A stretch of DNA of 64,000 nucleotides. Origin: Paraspadella gotoi. Taxonomy: Eukaryota > Animalia > Chaetognatha. The translations under genes and the position numbers were made by a program. Shown one piece after another: positions 1-60,374 of the stretch. Location: assembly GCA_051294375.1 (NCBI GenBank), contig CM119269.1, positions 16,448,432 through 16,512,431 on the forward strand, read 5' to 3'. The notes beneath the pieces were generated by a model. That model was not told the DNA's origin and made no database searches. It was given only the letters and a program-made list of their open reading frames with translations. Positions within the stretch are counted from its first letter, which is position 1. Each line of letters opens with the position of its first letter.

Positions 1-2079
1 TCCTTCTGCGATAAGTCTGGCAGCGAGCGAGAGAATTCGACAATGGACGAGGGCGGGCCGCCGATGCCTGACGCTGATTTCTCCCGAGTCCACCAACTCC
101 TTCGTCCAATTGAGTTGGGCTATGGGGCGGCTACAACTCAAATCAAGGGAGAAGGAGAGGGTCGAGCAAATAACTTGCCGGCATAATAATTCGCAGGGTT
201 GTATTTGGTAAATTTTCCTGTTTCGCATGAGCTGCGCTTCTGAATTGATGCGCGCTATTGGGGCCCAATTAATTTTTCGCCCGCCTTTAATATGCAGAAT
301 CATGCATCAACAAACTTGCCATTGTCGGCGGCTGATGAATCTCGGTAGACCAGAGGATGGACTTTTTATAATCGGAGCCAAGTGCAATGGCAATGGCAAG
401 AAGCAATTAAAGTGCAACGTGGGCAAATAGGTGCGTCAGGTATGCTAATACTATGATTAGCTGTTTACAAATTTTTAGAGTAATGTATTAATGCTTGATT
501 TACTCATGCATCATTGATTTTATACTCTGATAGTGAGCAGGACGGGGCGAGTATCATTCGCAATCCACTTGCGACCGAGATCGCCTTGCTGCGAGCATCT
601 TCCGATTTCATATTGCGCGTGTCGATGCTCCTTTGTCGGCGAGATATTTTTGACAATAAACGTAATTATGTCGCGCCGGAGGCGCCCCTGGTAGGCGCAA
701 AAAAACAAAAGAGTCGGCTCGCGCGATCTACCATACTAGCGAGAAGCAGCTTTCGCTGAGAATGAATTCATGTATGAATGTTAGGAGGGCCCGCGAAACG
801 CATTCCATGGCTGACTAATATTTTGAATGCTTTATTTTTTTAGTCCATGTCAATATGCATATCGAAAAGTTCTTATCAGGCGGCATATTGTTGCCTGGAT
901 NNNNNNNNNNNNNNNNNNNNNNNNNGTTTATCATTTTACGAGGAAATTTGTTCCCCAAACACAAAAAAACTCTTTGTTCTTTGAAAAAAAAAGTCTTCCT
1001 CTTTTTTCGTGGTTTTTTTTCTTCTTTTTCTTCTTCTTATATTATTTATTTATCTTCTTTATTTCCATTTTTTCCTTTATTTTTTATATCTCTTACTTCT
1101 TATCTATCTTTCGTCTCTCTCTTTTCTCTGCTTTTCTTTCTTACTTTTTCTTTCTTTCTTTTCTTTTCTTCTCCTTTATTTTCTTTCTTTCTTTCTTTCT
1201 TTCTTCTTTCTTTCTTTCTTTCTTTTCTTTCTTTCTTTCTTTTTTTCTATATTTTTTTCTTCTTTGACTTTCTTCTTTTCCCTCCGGTTTGTCCCTGTTT
1301 TTTTCGTATTTTCTCTAAGTAACATTTACGTTTAAAGCTTTTAACTTTGTCTACTCTTCAGGGTATAAACATTCTCCACTCTTACAAAAGTGACACATTG
1401 AAATCTTTTTAGATTATTTTTTTTTCTCTTCTTTTTTTTTTGCGGGAATTCGTTTCGGGTCCATTTACGTCTTTCTCGCTTCTTCTCGATTTTAGTGGTT
1501 CACACTTTTCAAAAGAGACGCGCATCACTGTCAGATTTTTCTGCGAACGAAGTGAGAGGCTGTTTTCTCGTTTTCACCGCCGCCGATTCACGAGCCCCTC
1601 AAATTTAGTCCCTTCTGTCACTAAATCTCTCTCACCCCCGCCCCACTTATCAAATATACGAAAAGCTTAACGGAATCCAAATCGAGAAATAACGACGTTC
1701 GGTCCGTGAATTTCGCAGGGAGACCACTTGAGAAACGATCCTTTCCCGACCGTTTAACGACTTCAAAAAACTTGGGTGGTGAACGCTTTCATCAAAAAAG
1801 AAACATGGAAAAACCCAGGGCAGTTTCACTTTCTTTGGAATAATCTGTGTCGATGTAAGCCAAATACTTATTCCATCAGTCAGTCTGTCGGTTTATTCAT
1901 CGATTTGAATCTATTAATTTGCAGAACCTCAGTTAGTTCTTGCTGGACTTTAGTGCAATAAAAGTTAAAAACGAGATTAGCCGCTGTGGTTATCGAATAC
2001 TTCATTGTCGATTTCTTGTCCATAGTCTATTATAGAATTTATTTTGTGTTATAATCCTTTGTTTCCTTGCGATAAAGAT

Positions 2080-2307
2080 TAGAGACAAAATTTGAAATTA
2101 AAAGCAACAACAACGACAGATCTATTTTCTCAGACATGAACGACGTACAACGGCGCCCGTTCTGTATTCCGAAGAGCGGTTCAATTCAATTACAAATCAC
2201 ATCAAATTGACGCTGATGAATGAAGCTTGTCATGTATGCATGAGCCGAAACTTTACGTTTCTTCTTTAAATAAATCGTTGTTGCTTTTAATTTCAAATTT
2301 GTCTCTA
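2080..2307. repeat. Short element bounded by ~31-bp inverted repeats, with a CTGATGA..CGAAAC hammerhead-like core; possible Penelope-like remnant
   Basis: tagagacaaaatttgaaattaaaagcaacaac (2080-2111) matches the reverse complement of 2276-2307. ctgatga at 2213, tcatg/catga hairpin, cgaaac at 2246, then aataaa. Confidence 0.4.
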
Positions 2308-3858
2308 GAATTTATTTTAAATTATAAAGATTATTTGTTGTAGGATAATTTAAAAAATTTTGCTCTAGAAAAGTTTATTGTTTAATGTATATTTCTTAAA
2401 ATAACGTGACCTGTTTAAAATTTGTTCTTCTAATTCCATTGTTTTTTTTTTTCTCAAAATATTCCATTTTTACTTCAGCGAACAACGAAATTGTTCAAAT
2501 TTCCTCAATTTTCTCCATAATTTTTTTCAGAAAATAAACAGAAGCAAAATCCGACTAAAGTGTTTTTAAGATGGCGCATGACAAATGAGCGAATGAGCAT
2601 TTATAGTTTTTGAACACAAACAACATTTGAAGTACATCCGTAGTGTTTGGCGAATGAATCTGAAATAATTAAATTGCAATAAATGTTCTTTGGAAAATTA
2701 AATTATTTGTCTTTGACAGGTATAACGAGTAGAGAAATGTAAAGACTAAAGTGCACAGTTGTTATTCTGGAAAAAAAATGAATATTCTAGGTCCAAAAGT
2801 GTATTCGAGTCTTTTAGGTTTTTGCGTTTTTCGAACAACATATATATGACAAAAACAACCACGAAAATATTGAACAAAAAATACCTACTAATAATAATAT
2901 TCTTATTAAATTTTGAAACGATCTTTTAAAATAATTATTATTGATTTAGTTTCTCAATAGAATCTTATAAAAAATTATGATGGCTTCTGCATCTTTCTAA
3001 TGTTTTTTTATTCTTTGTAGTTGAAATTAAAAATCAAATAACGTATATTTTGAAATATTTACTTAATCTATGAGAATATTCACTATAAATATAAATGTAT
3101 GTTGTGGGTTCTAACTAAAAAAAATTTCTAATGATTTTTATTGTCTTGGTCTCTGATTATCTAGTGTTGGAGCCTCAATCTTATAAAATATATATTGTTC
3201 TAATTGTTTTAACCAAATCAAAAAATTGGTTTTCTTTTTCATTTCAGACTAGTTAATGATATAAATGTTTCCAAAAAATGTACATATGTGCATTTTCAGC
3301 TTGATATTTCCGTCGCTTTGGGTGCCGAAAATCTTCCAGCAACTTTTGATCCTCAGAATCTGTAAAAGAACACAGAGAAGACATGAACAAAAAATTTAAC
3401 AATAATAGAAAAACATGAACAACATTAGAATTCAGACATTTACATAAAATCGTTTATATTGTCTTTGTCTTTTTTTGATAACGCAATACTAAAGCACGTT
3501 GGATTTTGTATAGATACGTATTTTTCTATAAATCTGAACTACCATTTCCATTTATTCATTGGATTTACTGCCTCAAAAAGCAATGATTTTGAGCCGATTT
3601 CTTGCAACAGTCAACATTTGTAAATTACACGCAGAATCACTACACATTACACATGAACCTACATATTCTCGTTCTTTGCTAAGATCTTAACTAATTCAAC
3701 ACTAAACCCGAAAATCGCTGGAGAAAAATTACTCGCCTGAGAATTTTAAGTCCAATCAAATTTGGTTTTCAAATTTAATGTCCTGATGTTTCAGAGAAAG
3801 TTTTTTAGCGATTTTTAAGAATAATTTGATTATATTTATATGCTCGAAACTCTCTCTC

Positions 3859-3899
<41 letters not shown>

Positions 3900-3910
3900 C
3901 ACCCCACCGT

Positions 3911-50000
<46,090 letters not shown>

Positions 50001-50969
50001 TTCCTTGCTGTCAGTTCATTATGACGAACTTTTATTTTAAACTTTATCTATTTCTCGGTTTAGTTTTAGGATGTAATATAAAATAGTTTATATCTAGGCA
50101 TTAATGACTTAAATCGGATACTTCGTAGTTTGTAGAGTATTGTCCGCGCGTTGCAGAATGATCTGGAGCAAACATTAATTTCTAAATATATATATAGAGC
50201 GAGACGCAAAAACCGAAACACATAAAAAACACGGAGCGCGACTGAAAGATGTTTTGTTACCTCGCGTCGCCTCGAACGCGCGACCCCGCAGACATAGAAA
50301 ATACAAAAATATTTTCTACAGCGACAGTTAAATTAAAACACGAAAATTTCGAATTTCGAATAAATAAATCCACCATGTAATTGGCGAGAGAGAATTCTTG
50401 TCGCGTAATCGTCAAAGTCAAATTGATTACCTGTAAATGGGTCTGTTTCGTGGCGCAAGAACGAGTTGCCTCGCAGCGAAGTTCCGCTCTTGCGAAAAAA
50501 GAAAAAATAAAGATTCCGAGGAAAACGAAGAATCCCTAGAGTCGTTTAGCTTGGCGGACGTGGGCAGAGACGAAGTCAGGAGTTCATGAGCTCATGGCAC
50601 GATATTTGATCTTTTTGGTCAGTCAAGGACAAGGAAAAAAAAACAAGGGACACGGACAATCGTCTTCTCTTAATGGTTTCGATGGAGAGAGAGAGAAAGT
50701 ACAGGAATATTCGATTGTTGCGGGTTTTATATTTCTATGTCCCCGTTTGATAAACTTTTTAGGTTTTTTCCCGCTTCAGTCAAATTACTTTAGTATTTAT
50801 AAAAGTTCTATGAAATGATGATGACAAAAAATTTATTAATTCATTGAAATTATTAAAACGAATGTAATTACAATTAATTTCCAGGAAAAATACTTTTTTT
50901 CCGGCGATTTTCTCAAAAACTATTTTTTTCCATTTAGCCTCTTTAAAACTCCTCAGCTGAAGAGCGCTG

Positions 50970-50984
50970 GTCTCCCCGGGCAAC
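50970..50984. promoter_or_regulatory. Candidate RFX X-box in the divergent promoter region
   Basis: GTCTCC-CCG-GGCAAC fits GTYNCC-N0-3-RGYAAC and lies between the CCDC162-like ATG (50000, -) and the ATG at 51291 (+). Confidence 0.3.
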
Positions 50985-51290
50985 CAGGAAAACAACACGA
51001 TTTTTTTCTTGCGTTCGCCAAAGAACTTCGGTCTAGGAAGAACTCTTACTCAATTTTCAGTTCTCTGCGTCGTATAAAACAAATTTGAATCGGATAATTT
51101 AACTTAAAATTTAGCGTAATTATATACTAGAATCAAAATAACTGTACAGGTGAGCCGAGTTTTTTGAGTACCTTGAGTTTTGCGATTATTGTTAAAAATT
51201 ATCTCTGTATATGAACTTAACTTCTCCGTATTTCACTCTGAAGCAACGACCACAACGCCATCCGTCTTAACGCGCGTGGCAAAGATCACA

Positions 51291-52812
51291 ATGCGTCACA
51301 ACCGCCAAGTGCAATTTGGCAATGATGATCACGGGCGTCGGTCCGTCAAATTCGAAGGTTGGTCTCAAGAATTAGATATTGTTTTATCGTTATAATAAAT
51401 TGATGTTACATCTTTAGTTAATTTCCATTTTCAGATAATCTTAGCGTGGAATCCTCTCCCGGCGTCGCCGCCAATTTTCGCCGAATTCCGGGCATATCCG
51501 GCGTGACGGCGTTCAATCGCGGCGCCGGCGACGCCGGTGAGGCCACCAGATTCGGTGCCGCTCCTTGGAATTCGTTGGAGGTCGACAACGCTGATATCCA
51601 AGCGGCGTCGACGGCATCATTGGTGTCGGCGGGAGATTCGCCCGAGTCTCTGGCGGAGTCGGCGGGGCGCTTGAACGACTCCACCATCTACTTGGCGGAA
51701 CGAAACGCGATGTTGGATCGAGAGATCAAAGCCGAACGGAGAAGGTGGGCGTCGTCGTCGTCGTTGTCGCTGTCGCTGTTGTCATTGTCGTCGTCATTGT
51801 CATTGTCGTCGTCGTTGTCGCGGTAATCCTGTTTGTCGACTTCCTTGTCGTTTTAGTAGTTGTTGTCCTTAATATTTTTGTTTTTCAAAAGTGTTTTTTT
51901 TTTTTCAAAACATTATTACAATTGTTTAATCTTCTACGTAAATTTTAAAATATAGCTTATTAATTATAATTATTCACACCCTTTTAATCTTTAAAAATTT
52001 CTCGCAAAAGAATTTTATCGACGAATGGCGGCGCCCTGTCCAGCCTCCGATTGTCGCCGATAGGGGATCGGCGGCGCCAACGTCGAAAAACTTCTCGATC
52101 GGCGATGGCGGCGTCATCGGCGTCGGCGTCGTCGGCGTCGTCGTCGGCATCGCCATCCGACCAAGTCACCATCGCCGACATTTTGCCCGACGTCGCCTCG
52201 GTTTTGGCGGCAAAAGCCTCGGAAAAATCGACGGCTTACGACGAAGACGACGACGACGACGAAGACGACGAAAAATCGAGAAAACCGACGACGACGATCG
52301 AAGACTTTATGAGGAAAAGAGAAGACAAGAGATTCGACCTCAACGTATTTTCGGGGAGACGAAACGACGATTATCTCAACGACGAAAAAGAAGTCTGAAT
52401 ATTGTATTGCATTATTATTATTATTATTAATATTATTTTCAAACTTTAGCCCATTTTTCTTAATTTTCTCTTGTAGGCTCGAAACATGTACGATACTCAT
52501 CTGGAACTCCTTTCTCGCAAAAATAAAAAGAGCATCTCCCATGCTGCGCAAATGGAACGGGACGCCGCGCGGGCGAAACACAAAAGCGGCAAATTACAAA
52601 CAAAAGGTGATGGATTTATTGACAAAGATAAATAAGATTCAAAGTTGTAAATTGTATTTATTATCATTATTAAATTTCCGCAGTCGAAGCTGAGAACGTG
52701 CGATTCACCATAGAATATCCACACCCATTGGGATTCCGACCGAAGATGCGTAAACAGACAAATAACAGAAGAAGCAAGACTAAGGTTTTTATCTATCAAT
52801 GCTATCTTTCTT

Positions 52813-52851
<39 letters not shown>

Positions 52852-53106
52852 TTTGCACCAGGATCCTTTATCCGACTCCTTCGCCGCCGTCGACGATTCC
52901 GCTCAAAAACTACAGCAGCGACTCCAGCATCTCTCCATTAGAGTCAAGGAGGAGTTCAGCGGCGTTGAGGTGGGGTAACTCCAGGGACCAAAAATGTTTA
53001 CAATTGCAATGACATTTCTGACACATTTGAAACCAAAATTGGTTTCCTTCGCGTGCAGGCGGTCGAGAGTCGGGACGCCGCTTCCAAGTCGGTCACGCCG
53101 TCCTGA
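51291..53106 (+). CDS. Uncharacterised protein with short coiled-coil segments, ~7 exons
   Basis: In-phase GT-AG chain: MRHNRQVQF..KFE | DNLSVESSP..LDREIKAERR | ILSTNGG..DEKE | ARNMYDTHLELL.. | VEAENVRFTIEYPHP..KTK | DPLSDSFAAVDDSAQKLQQRLQHL.. | AVESRDAASKSVTPS-stop. Confidence 0.65.
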
Positions 53107-53524
53107 AACGTTGGCGGCACCCTCTGGAGGGGTTGGCGTTGCCGCAACTCAACCTCAGTGCTGCATTTATAAGATGCTGCGGAAAAGATTCGTCGGATTT
53201 AAACTTTCGTCGTCGAAGCTGTTTGTAGTAGTTTTGATTAGCGGCCCGGGTATTGCATGATGTGGTAGTTATATTTAATAAATAATTTGATATAAGGGTG
53301 ATTTTATTTAACATTGAAAGTACAGGTACTACTTCAATAGATTTTAAACTAGCAGAGTTAGGTAGTGAAACCTTTTTACTTAAATTTTTCAAAAGGGTTT
53401 TTCCTGGTCCAAAACTCACGCGCTCGAGTTTGATTCTAAAAAGTTTTTAGTCGGATCTGCTTACAGCAGATTACGATTCTATGATCCACTTTGTCGGTTC
53501 GTCGGTCCCCCCCTATATCTTGTC

Positions 53525-53862
53525 GGGCACTCACTTAAATCATGTCAGAACATCGAATTAAGATAAAAATCCCCCAAAAAATGATGTCCGTCCGTCCGTC
53601 TGTCCGTCTGTCTGTCTGTCTGTTTGTCTGAAGGTCCGTCCCACCTTTTCATTAAACTCCAATTACTCGTGATTGGATGGATGGATTTGAATGAAATTTT
53701 GTGTGTGGGTAGGAAAGTGTGTGATTGAGCTGGATATAAAGTTTCGATGGGATCGTACGAGTGAAAATGACTGGACGCGAGGTCACCATGTCTTTCATTC
53801 AATGATGATTCACTGTTATTCAATTCGCCGTCATCCAATTGGGGCCCGCCTTATTATCTTTA
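53525..53862. repeat. Probable second interspersed repeat with (gtcc/gtct)n microsatellite (DINE/HINE-like)
   Basis: gtccgtccgtccgtctgtccgtctg tract followed by ggatggatttgaatgaaattttg. Only one copy in the window. Confidence 0.4.
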
Positions 53863-54496
53863 AATCCTGAAGACGAAGAGGTCAAAACCCCTGAAAAAGA
53901 GCGACTTCCTTTCGTAACCAGTTCTTGTTCATCACTTTATCCTTTCAATAATATTTTCTTCAATCAAACAAAAAAAAAATCTAAAAATACAATACAATTT
54001 TAGGAAAATTTATAGTTTGTGCAATATACATATTTATTCCCCCCCAAAAAAAATTTTCCTTCTTTTCTTAAGTATTCTTGTTTTTTTTTGGTTTTTTTTT
54101 CTATTTTTCATTCTCTTTTCATTTCTTCTTCGCCTTCATGAAGTTCTTCAATATTTCGTTTTGATCCGTCCTTCATCGAAAATTCTTTGTCGGGACAACA
54201 ACAACGACAACAGGCGCGATAAAGCTTAATCTATTTATCGTTAGACGTTAGTCTTCGTTCCTTAAAGTCCTTGATCCTTCCTTACAAAAGGTCGCAGGAA
54301 GTTAATTTAATTAAGATTTATTAGATGAATTAAATTACTCAAACGAACTATACTCGCTGAGATCTCAGAATTTAATGAAACTTTCGCTGAAAACGAGATC
54401 CGGAAAATCGACCTCTGAAAAAAAAATAGTCGATGGAAGTCTTTTTTTTTTCTAAATTCCTTCAAGTTTCTTGACCTTAAATTCTCTTTCTTTCTT

Positions 54497-54540
<44 letters not shown>

Positions 54541-54617
54541 AAATTCTTAAATTCTCTTTCTTTCTCTCTCTCTCTCTTTCTTTCTTTCTTTCCTTTCTTT
54601 CTTTCTTCTTTCTTTCC

Positions 54618-54657
<40 letters not shown>

Positions 54658-54720
54658 CTTAAATTCTTTAATTCTCTTTCTTTCTCTCTCTCTCTTTCTA
54701 TCTTTCTTTTGTTTTTTCGT

Positions 54721-54761
<41 letters not shown>

Positions 54762-54843
54762 TTTCTTTCTTTCTTTCTTTCTTTTCTTCCCTCTCTCTCT
54801 CTCTCTCCCTCTCTTTCTTAAATCTTTAAATTCTCTCTTTCTT

Positions 54844-54887
<44 letters not shown>

Positions 54888-54940
54888 TTCGTTCTTTCAT
54901 TCTCTTTCTTTTCTTTCTTCCTTCTTTTCCCTCTCTTTCT

Positions 54941-55118
54941 AGCGCCGCCTTCAAGAAATACTTAAACTATAAGGAATAAAATTTATGCAGTGCATGTCAT
55001 AAATACAAGGGCTAAAAAATTTTTTTAATCATGTCATGTCAAGTCATACAATGTGATCAAAGGGAAATACACGTGAAAAGTCACTGCGGCGCAACACATT
55101 GGAATCACCGTTCTTGTT
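54941..55118 (-). mobile_element. HINE-like repeat, copy 3 (partial)
   Basis: Ends gcggcgcaacacattggaatcaccgttcttgtt, the reverse complement of the start of copy 1. Confidence 0.7.
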
Positions 55119-55185
55119 TTTTCTGAATTCCTACTTTCTTGCCCTAAAACTCACTCTCTCTCTCTCATTCTCTCTCTCTCCCTCC

Positions 55186-55218
<33 letters not shown>

Positions 55219-55394
55219 CTCTCTCTCCTCACGCTCGCACGTGCCGATCTATTGATGCAAGAATCACTTTTTTGCGTCATAGAGGTAGTTTCTTCTCCTT
55301 ATTGACCTAATTTTACGACGACGATATTTCCTCACAGATATTTCATTTAAAAAGAATAAAATAAATCCTTATTAAGGAACTTTGAAACGTAACC

Positions 55395-58300
55395 ATGACA
55401 ACCAACGATAGCGCGACCATGACGACGCCAGCGACGACGTCAAAATCCGAAGCGCGGTTCGATTCCCTCTTTGAAGTCATCGGACAAATCGGTCGCTTCC
55501 AGTTGTGGTAAGGAGTGAATCTTTACTTCTCCCGATAAGCCTTAGCGATTCACTCAACAAAATGTCAAATTTTTTATTTTTTTTATTTTCTTTATTCGAT
55601 GTGTTTGAGGGATAATAATATAATATTTATGTTACCGCAGATTTATTTTTAACATTGGTCACTTAAAATCCAATTCAGGTACTACTTGGTGTTATGCTTG
55701 CCCGTCATCGTCATCGGAATGCAAGCTTACAGCAATAACATCCTCATCACGCCTCCTCCAGGAAATCAGTCTTGCGACTGCGAGAGCCTCAATCGAGTCG
55801 GTTCATCAACGACATTTTCCTATCATTCATTGAAAAATACTTATTCGATTAAAACATTTTGGGCTGTGAGAAAAGATAACTTAAATTTTTTTTTTTTTTT
55901 TTAAACTTTTAGAAATTATACAATCGCTCGAACGGCGATTTTTGTCAATCCTAAGAGGGCAACGAATCGTTCGGTTGAAGGAAAAATCTTGTTTCTTTTC
56001 AAATTGCGATTTTTTTTTCTTTCATTCAGTCGATCGGAAATGGAGGAGCCAATGAGACTCTCACTGCCACAGGTAAGTTCAATATGAGGCGACTTACGTT
56101 GTTTCGATTCTCTTTTCTTTCTTTTTTCCATGTCCTTACTCAGCTTCATTCCTATTCGTTTTCTTTCTCTAATCCCCACTATTTCTCCTCCACGCCCGCC
56201 ATCCTCCAAGACTGCTTCTTCAGCGAGGCGGACTCTGCCGTCTCCGTCGTCGCCGCCTTCCGTCTTGTCTGCAACAGAGAGTTCCTCCTTCGCTTTCCCA
56301 ACATCGCCGTCTACTTGGGGATGTTCGTGGGATCCTTTATTTTCGGACAAGTGAATGATTGTTGTTGAAATTAAAGAACAAACCAATAAAAGAACACTGG
56401 AATAAATATATTTGAAAAGGGAATAAGTTAAGAGAGATATCGAACTAATGAAGAAACAGAGGGACGAACGAAGGATTTATGCTTCTATGGCAACGGGGGG
56501 ACATCTGTGATGCCCGAGGTGTTAGGCATCTACCGACAGGTGGCGAACAGGGCTTTTGGACCTGTAGTGACAGCCTCATGTCAATGGCGACACTGCCGAC
56601 ACCATCACGCTTTAACAAGAATGACCATGAGGGATTTGAACCCGGTACTCTCAGTTGGTGAACGAGTACTTAGCTGTACAAGCCAATGGGACGAGCAGCG
56701 TTTCACCAAGCTTTACGGGAGGCGAATTTAGGATTCGCCACAATTCTTTCTTATTTCAGACAAGCGACTGGTTCGGGCGACGCCTCACGATATGGATCTC
56801 TACGAGCGTTATGATTCTCACGGGGGCGCTACTCGCGGCGCCCATGGACCAGAGATTCGGCGCCTTCCTCTTCCTCAGATTTGTCTTGGGTGAGTTGGAT
56901 AAGGTAAGAAATGGGTGGGTCGGAATGTGAGGTAAGAGTGGGAAACGGTGAGGTGAGTGTTGGGGTGCAAGAAGGATTCTGTGAGCTTGGATGCGTTCGA
57001 AATAAAAATGGCGGACAAAACAAGATGAATCAATTTTATCCAAATGGAATCAAAGTTTTGCGACCGGGGTTAGAACAGAGAAAAAAATATTTACTCGGCA
57101 ATCATTGGAATTCATTCGATAGCAATTTTTCTAAAATGTAGGTGCTTGCCTATGCGGCTGCTATGTAACCTCCTTCGTTATGGGCGTCGAACTCGTGGGA
57201 CCGAAATACAGACTCTTCGCCGGCCTCGTTATCAACATTTTCTTCGCTTTTGGCCCGCTGATCGCAGGTTAAAGATACAATAGTATAACAATTTTTTACA
57301 AAATTGTACGAATACCAGAAAGTTTTAAAATTTCGCGGTCCTTAGGAGCGATCGCGGCTGTCGTGGAGGATTGGAGGCATCTCGCTCTCGCTCTCTCTCT
57401 TCCGGGAATTATCTTCCTTCCACTCACATTCTGTCTTCCGGAATCACCGAGGTAAATTTTAATTTTATTTACTTGTTTTATTCACTTTTTATATTCCTTT
57501 AACTTTATAACTTTCTTTAATCTAAAAAAAACATTTGTTACGAAAAACCTACGGCTACGATTGATGTCTTGCAAAAGCTGACTGTTCACTTGTTCGAAAA
57601 AATTTTGAAGACCTAAATTTCTAGTCAGAGACTTGATATTAGGCGGATCTTTATAAATTTGTAAAAAATATATCATTCTGTCGAAATGGTGTGGAACACC
57701 TCGTTAGGGTTCCGGCCCCCCCAAAATGTTTATTTTCTAACCCGTAATATTTTGATAAATCCTAAATTCTTCCTTTTCCCCTTTCCTCCACCAGATGGCT
57801 GAGCGGCAAAGAGCGAACTAAGGAACTGAAACGAACTCTCGTCTCAGCGGCGAAGATGAACCGCAAGTTGAGCGGCGAGTGGCGCCGCCACGAGTTGGAA
57901 TCGCTCGTCGACACCGTCGTTCAAAACGAGAAGAAAGACGACGGCGGAGAAAGAAAACAGGTGGGCGAATTCAGTCCTTGTTGTTTTTGTCATAAAAAGA
58001 ACAACAAAGGGAACGAGGGCCGAGCTCTCTTCCGCCTCCTCTATACCAAAACAACAGGCCTACGTCCACGACCTTTTCCGCGGACGCCAGATGCGCCTAA
58101 AGACACTCGTTATCCTCTTCAACTGGATGGTCGTGAGCGGCGTTTACTACGGCGTCACGCTCAACACTGCCCGGCTCAAAGTCTCCCCGATGTTGGGGCT
58201 GATCGTCTCAGGTTTTTTTTTTCCCTCGATGTCTCATAATTGATCAATCTGGGAACGGGTCTGACCCATTCCTCATCTCTTTTTTTTCTTTCAGGTGCTG

Positions 58301-59313
58301 TGGAACTCGTGTCCTACTTCGCGCTGTTTCCGGTGCTCAACTCCGTCGGTCGCCGCGTCACCTACGCATCGTCGATGATGATCTCTGGAATTCTCTGCTT
58401 CAGCTGCATCTTCACGACCGGCGACGCAGCGGCATTCTCGCTCAGCATGATCGGTGGGCGCGGCTGCATATTTCTTTTTTTCTTTTTTTTCACCCTTTAG
58501 CCAATAACTCATCCAATAACTCACTCAAGGCAAGTTCTTCATTTCCGCCGCCTTCGCCATCATTTTCATTTACGCCGCAGAATTGTTTCCCACCGTCTTG
58601 AGAAATACGGGTGAGTTCAAAAGAATCGTCGACGCGAACCCGCAAATTTACTTAGTTCGGCTGGCGGTCGTTCTCTTAGATCAAAGTCACTTTTAGGAAT
58701 GGATTTGCAAAAGGATAAACTAAAAGTTATTTTAAAGTAACAAATGAAGATAAACAAATGACGATTACATATATTCGAATTTAAAACTTACCCCTCAACC
58801 CCCACCCAAACCCTCGTCTTCAGGAATGGGCGTAAGTTCTTTGGTGGCGCGAATCGGTTCCATGTCGGCGCCGGTTTTGGTCGACTTCTCTCCGGACGGA
58901 ACGACGCCGCTCGTCGTCTTCGGTTGTTTGGCCGGCGTCGCTGGTGAGTGGCGCCGATTGAAGGTCGTGAGAATCTCATGAGGGAAGCGATAATCATATA
59001 TACTCTGGGCGTGAATAAACCAGACCGTGAGAGAGTCTTGATTGAAAGCTTGCATTGACCTGCTATGTCATTATCTTGTAAGAGTGATGGAGGCCTTAAA
59101 CCACCAAAGCCTGTCCAGAGTCTCCTTTTACCTCTATCAGGATTTCTCGCTTTGACTCTGCCGGAAACGACGGGTCGGCCGCTACCGGCGACTCTGCCGG
59201 AAGCAGAAAAGATGCGAATCCAAAATCCACTGCGAATCTGCAGCCGCCGGAAACGCGAGTCGGGTAAAGGAGACCGAGAAATTTCGGCGGCGAACGAGAA
59301 GCCTGTCATTTAG
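55395..59313 (+). CDS. SLC22-family organic cation/anion transporter (MFS)
   Basis: ~13 exons with family motifs FDSLFEVIGQIGRFQ, SDWFGRR, RFVLG, ELVGPKYR, LPESPRWL, VGRR, YAAELFPTVLRNTG and LTLPETTG; stop at 59311-59313. Confidence 0.93.
56480..56695 (-). mobile_element. Probable tRNA-derived SINE in an SLC22 intron
   Basis: Minus strand reads tggcttgtacagctaagtactcg..ccgggttcaaatccc (A-box-like and B-box) with no cloverleaf. The 3' boundary is approximate. Confidence 0.45.
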
Positions 59314-60222
59314 CAGGCGAAAGTCGAATAAGGCAAATGACCATATTGAGTGATTACGTTGTTGTTTGTGCATTTGTTGTTTAAGTCATTTTCAAGTTTC
59401 AGCGCAATTGCTCAAGTTGTTATGGTTTTGTTTGATTTTTTTTATTTTCATATTTTTGAAATTAAGCAAATAGATTTATTTCAATTCATTTATTTAAATT
59501 AATAGCGTCAGCCACTCAAGCATTTAGGCGTAGGCTAAGAAAATACGTATTTAAAAGAGAAAAGGCACATAAATTTTAATCATTGTCACTGTGTTTGTCT
59601 TTTTTTTTATTATCAGAAACAGCAAGCGATAGCGACCTCTATGAACCCGTTTCGAATGATTTTAACAAATTAGCTCAGCATGTCCTTGTCTTTTGTTTAT
59701 CCTTGACTATATATTTTATAGGAGGGAGTAGGGAGTAGGGAGTAGGTAGATTATTGAATTTTTATTTATCATCCCCGCCCGAAAAGAAACCCATGAGGCA
59801 GTTAAAAGTATCAATAACACCAAACACCGGCATGATTAAACAATTCTTCTAATCAGGCGCTAAACAGCAGGGATAGAATTTCGCTGCTTTTCAAATCCCT
59901 CTTTTCCGTTTAGTCAGGATCCCTCGATTTAAAAACACCGTATAAACTTTTCTCCAGGAAAATTAGTCTCATGAATAATTTTTAATTGGACATTAGGCAA
60001 GCATGGCATTTGTTTTTGATTCTCTTATGGACTCTCCATTGAACAAGCAAAATAGCAAAATCTCTATATATACAATTATTTTTAAAAAACAACTCAGTAT
60101 TTTTGCCTCGAACGAACAACCTGCAATCCTCTCAGATCCTTCGCTCTCATCGCGTCGATGAACTCCGCCCAATTTCCCAGCATCTTCGATGCTCGCTCTT
60201 CGATGCTCCCTCTTCGTCTGGA

Positions 60223-60374
<152 letters not shown>

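Noticed and set aside
1-900. Short ORFs at the window start (and at 5600-7137)
   Set aside because: No recognisable motifs or splice structure; both regions end at 25-N gaps and may be low-quality fill.
827-1335. Long F/L/S-rich ORFs (also ~14271-14960, ~20455-21220, ~54709-54942) and RE/SL-repeat ORFs
   Set aside because: They are translations of TTTC, GAAAA and GA microsatellites, not genes.
3250-3360. Possible further minus-strand exon (..SEDQKLLEDFRHPKRRK..)
   Set aside because: It has an acceptor-like site, but the phase and homology could not be linked to any gene.
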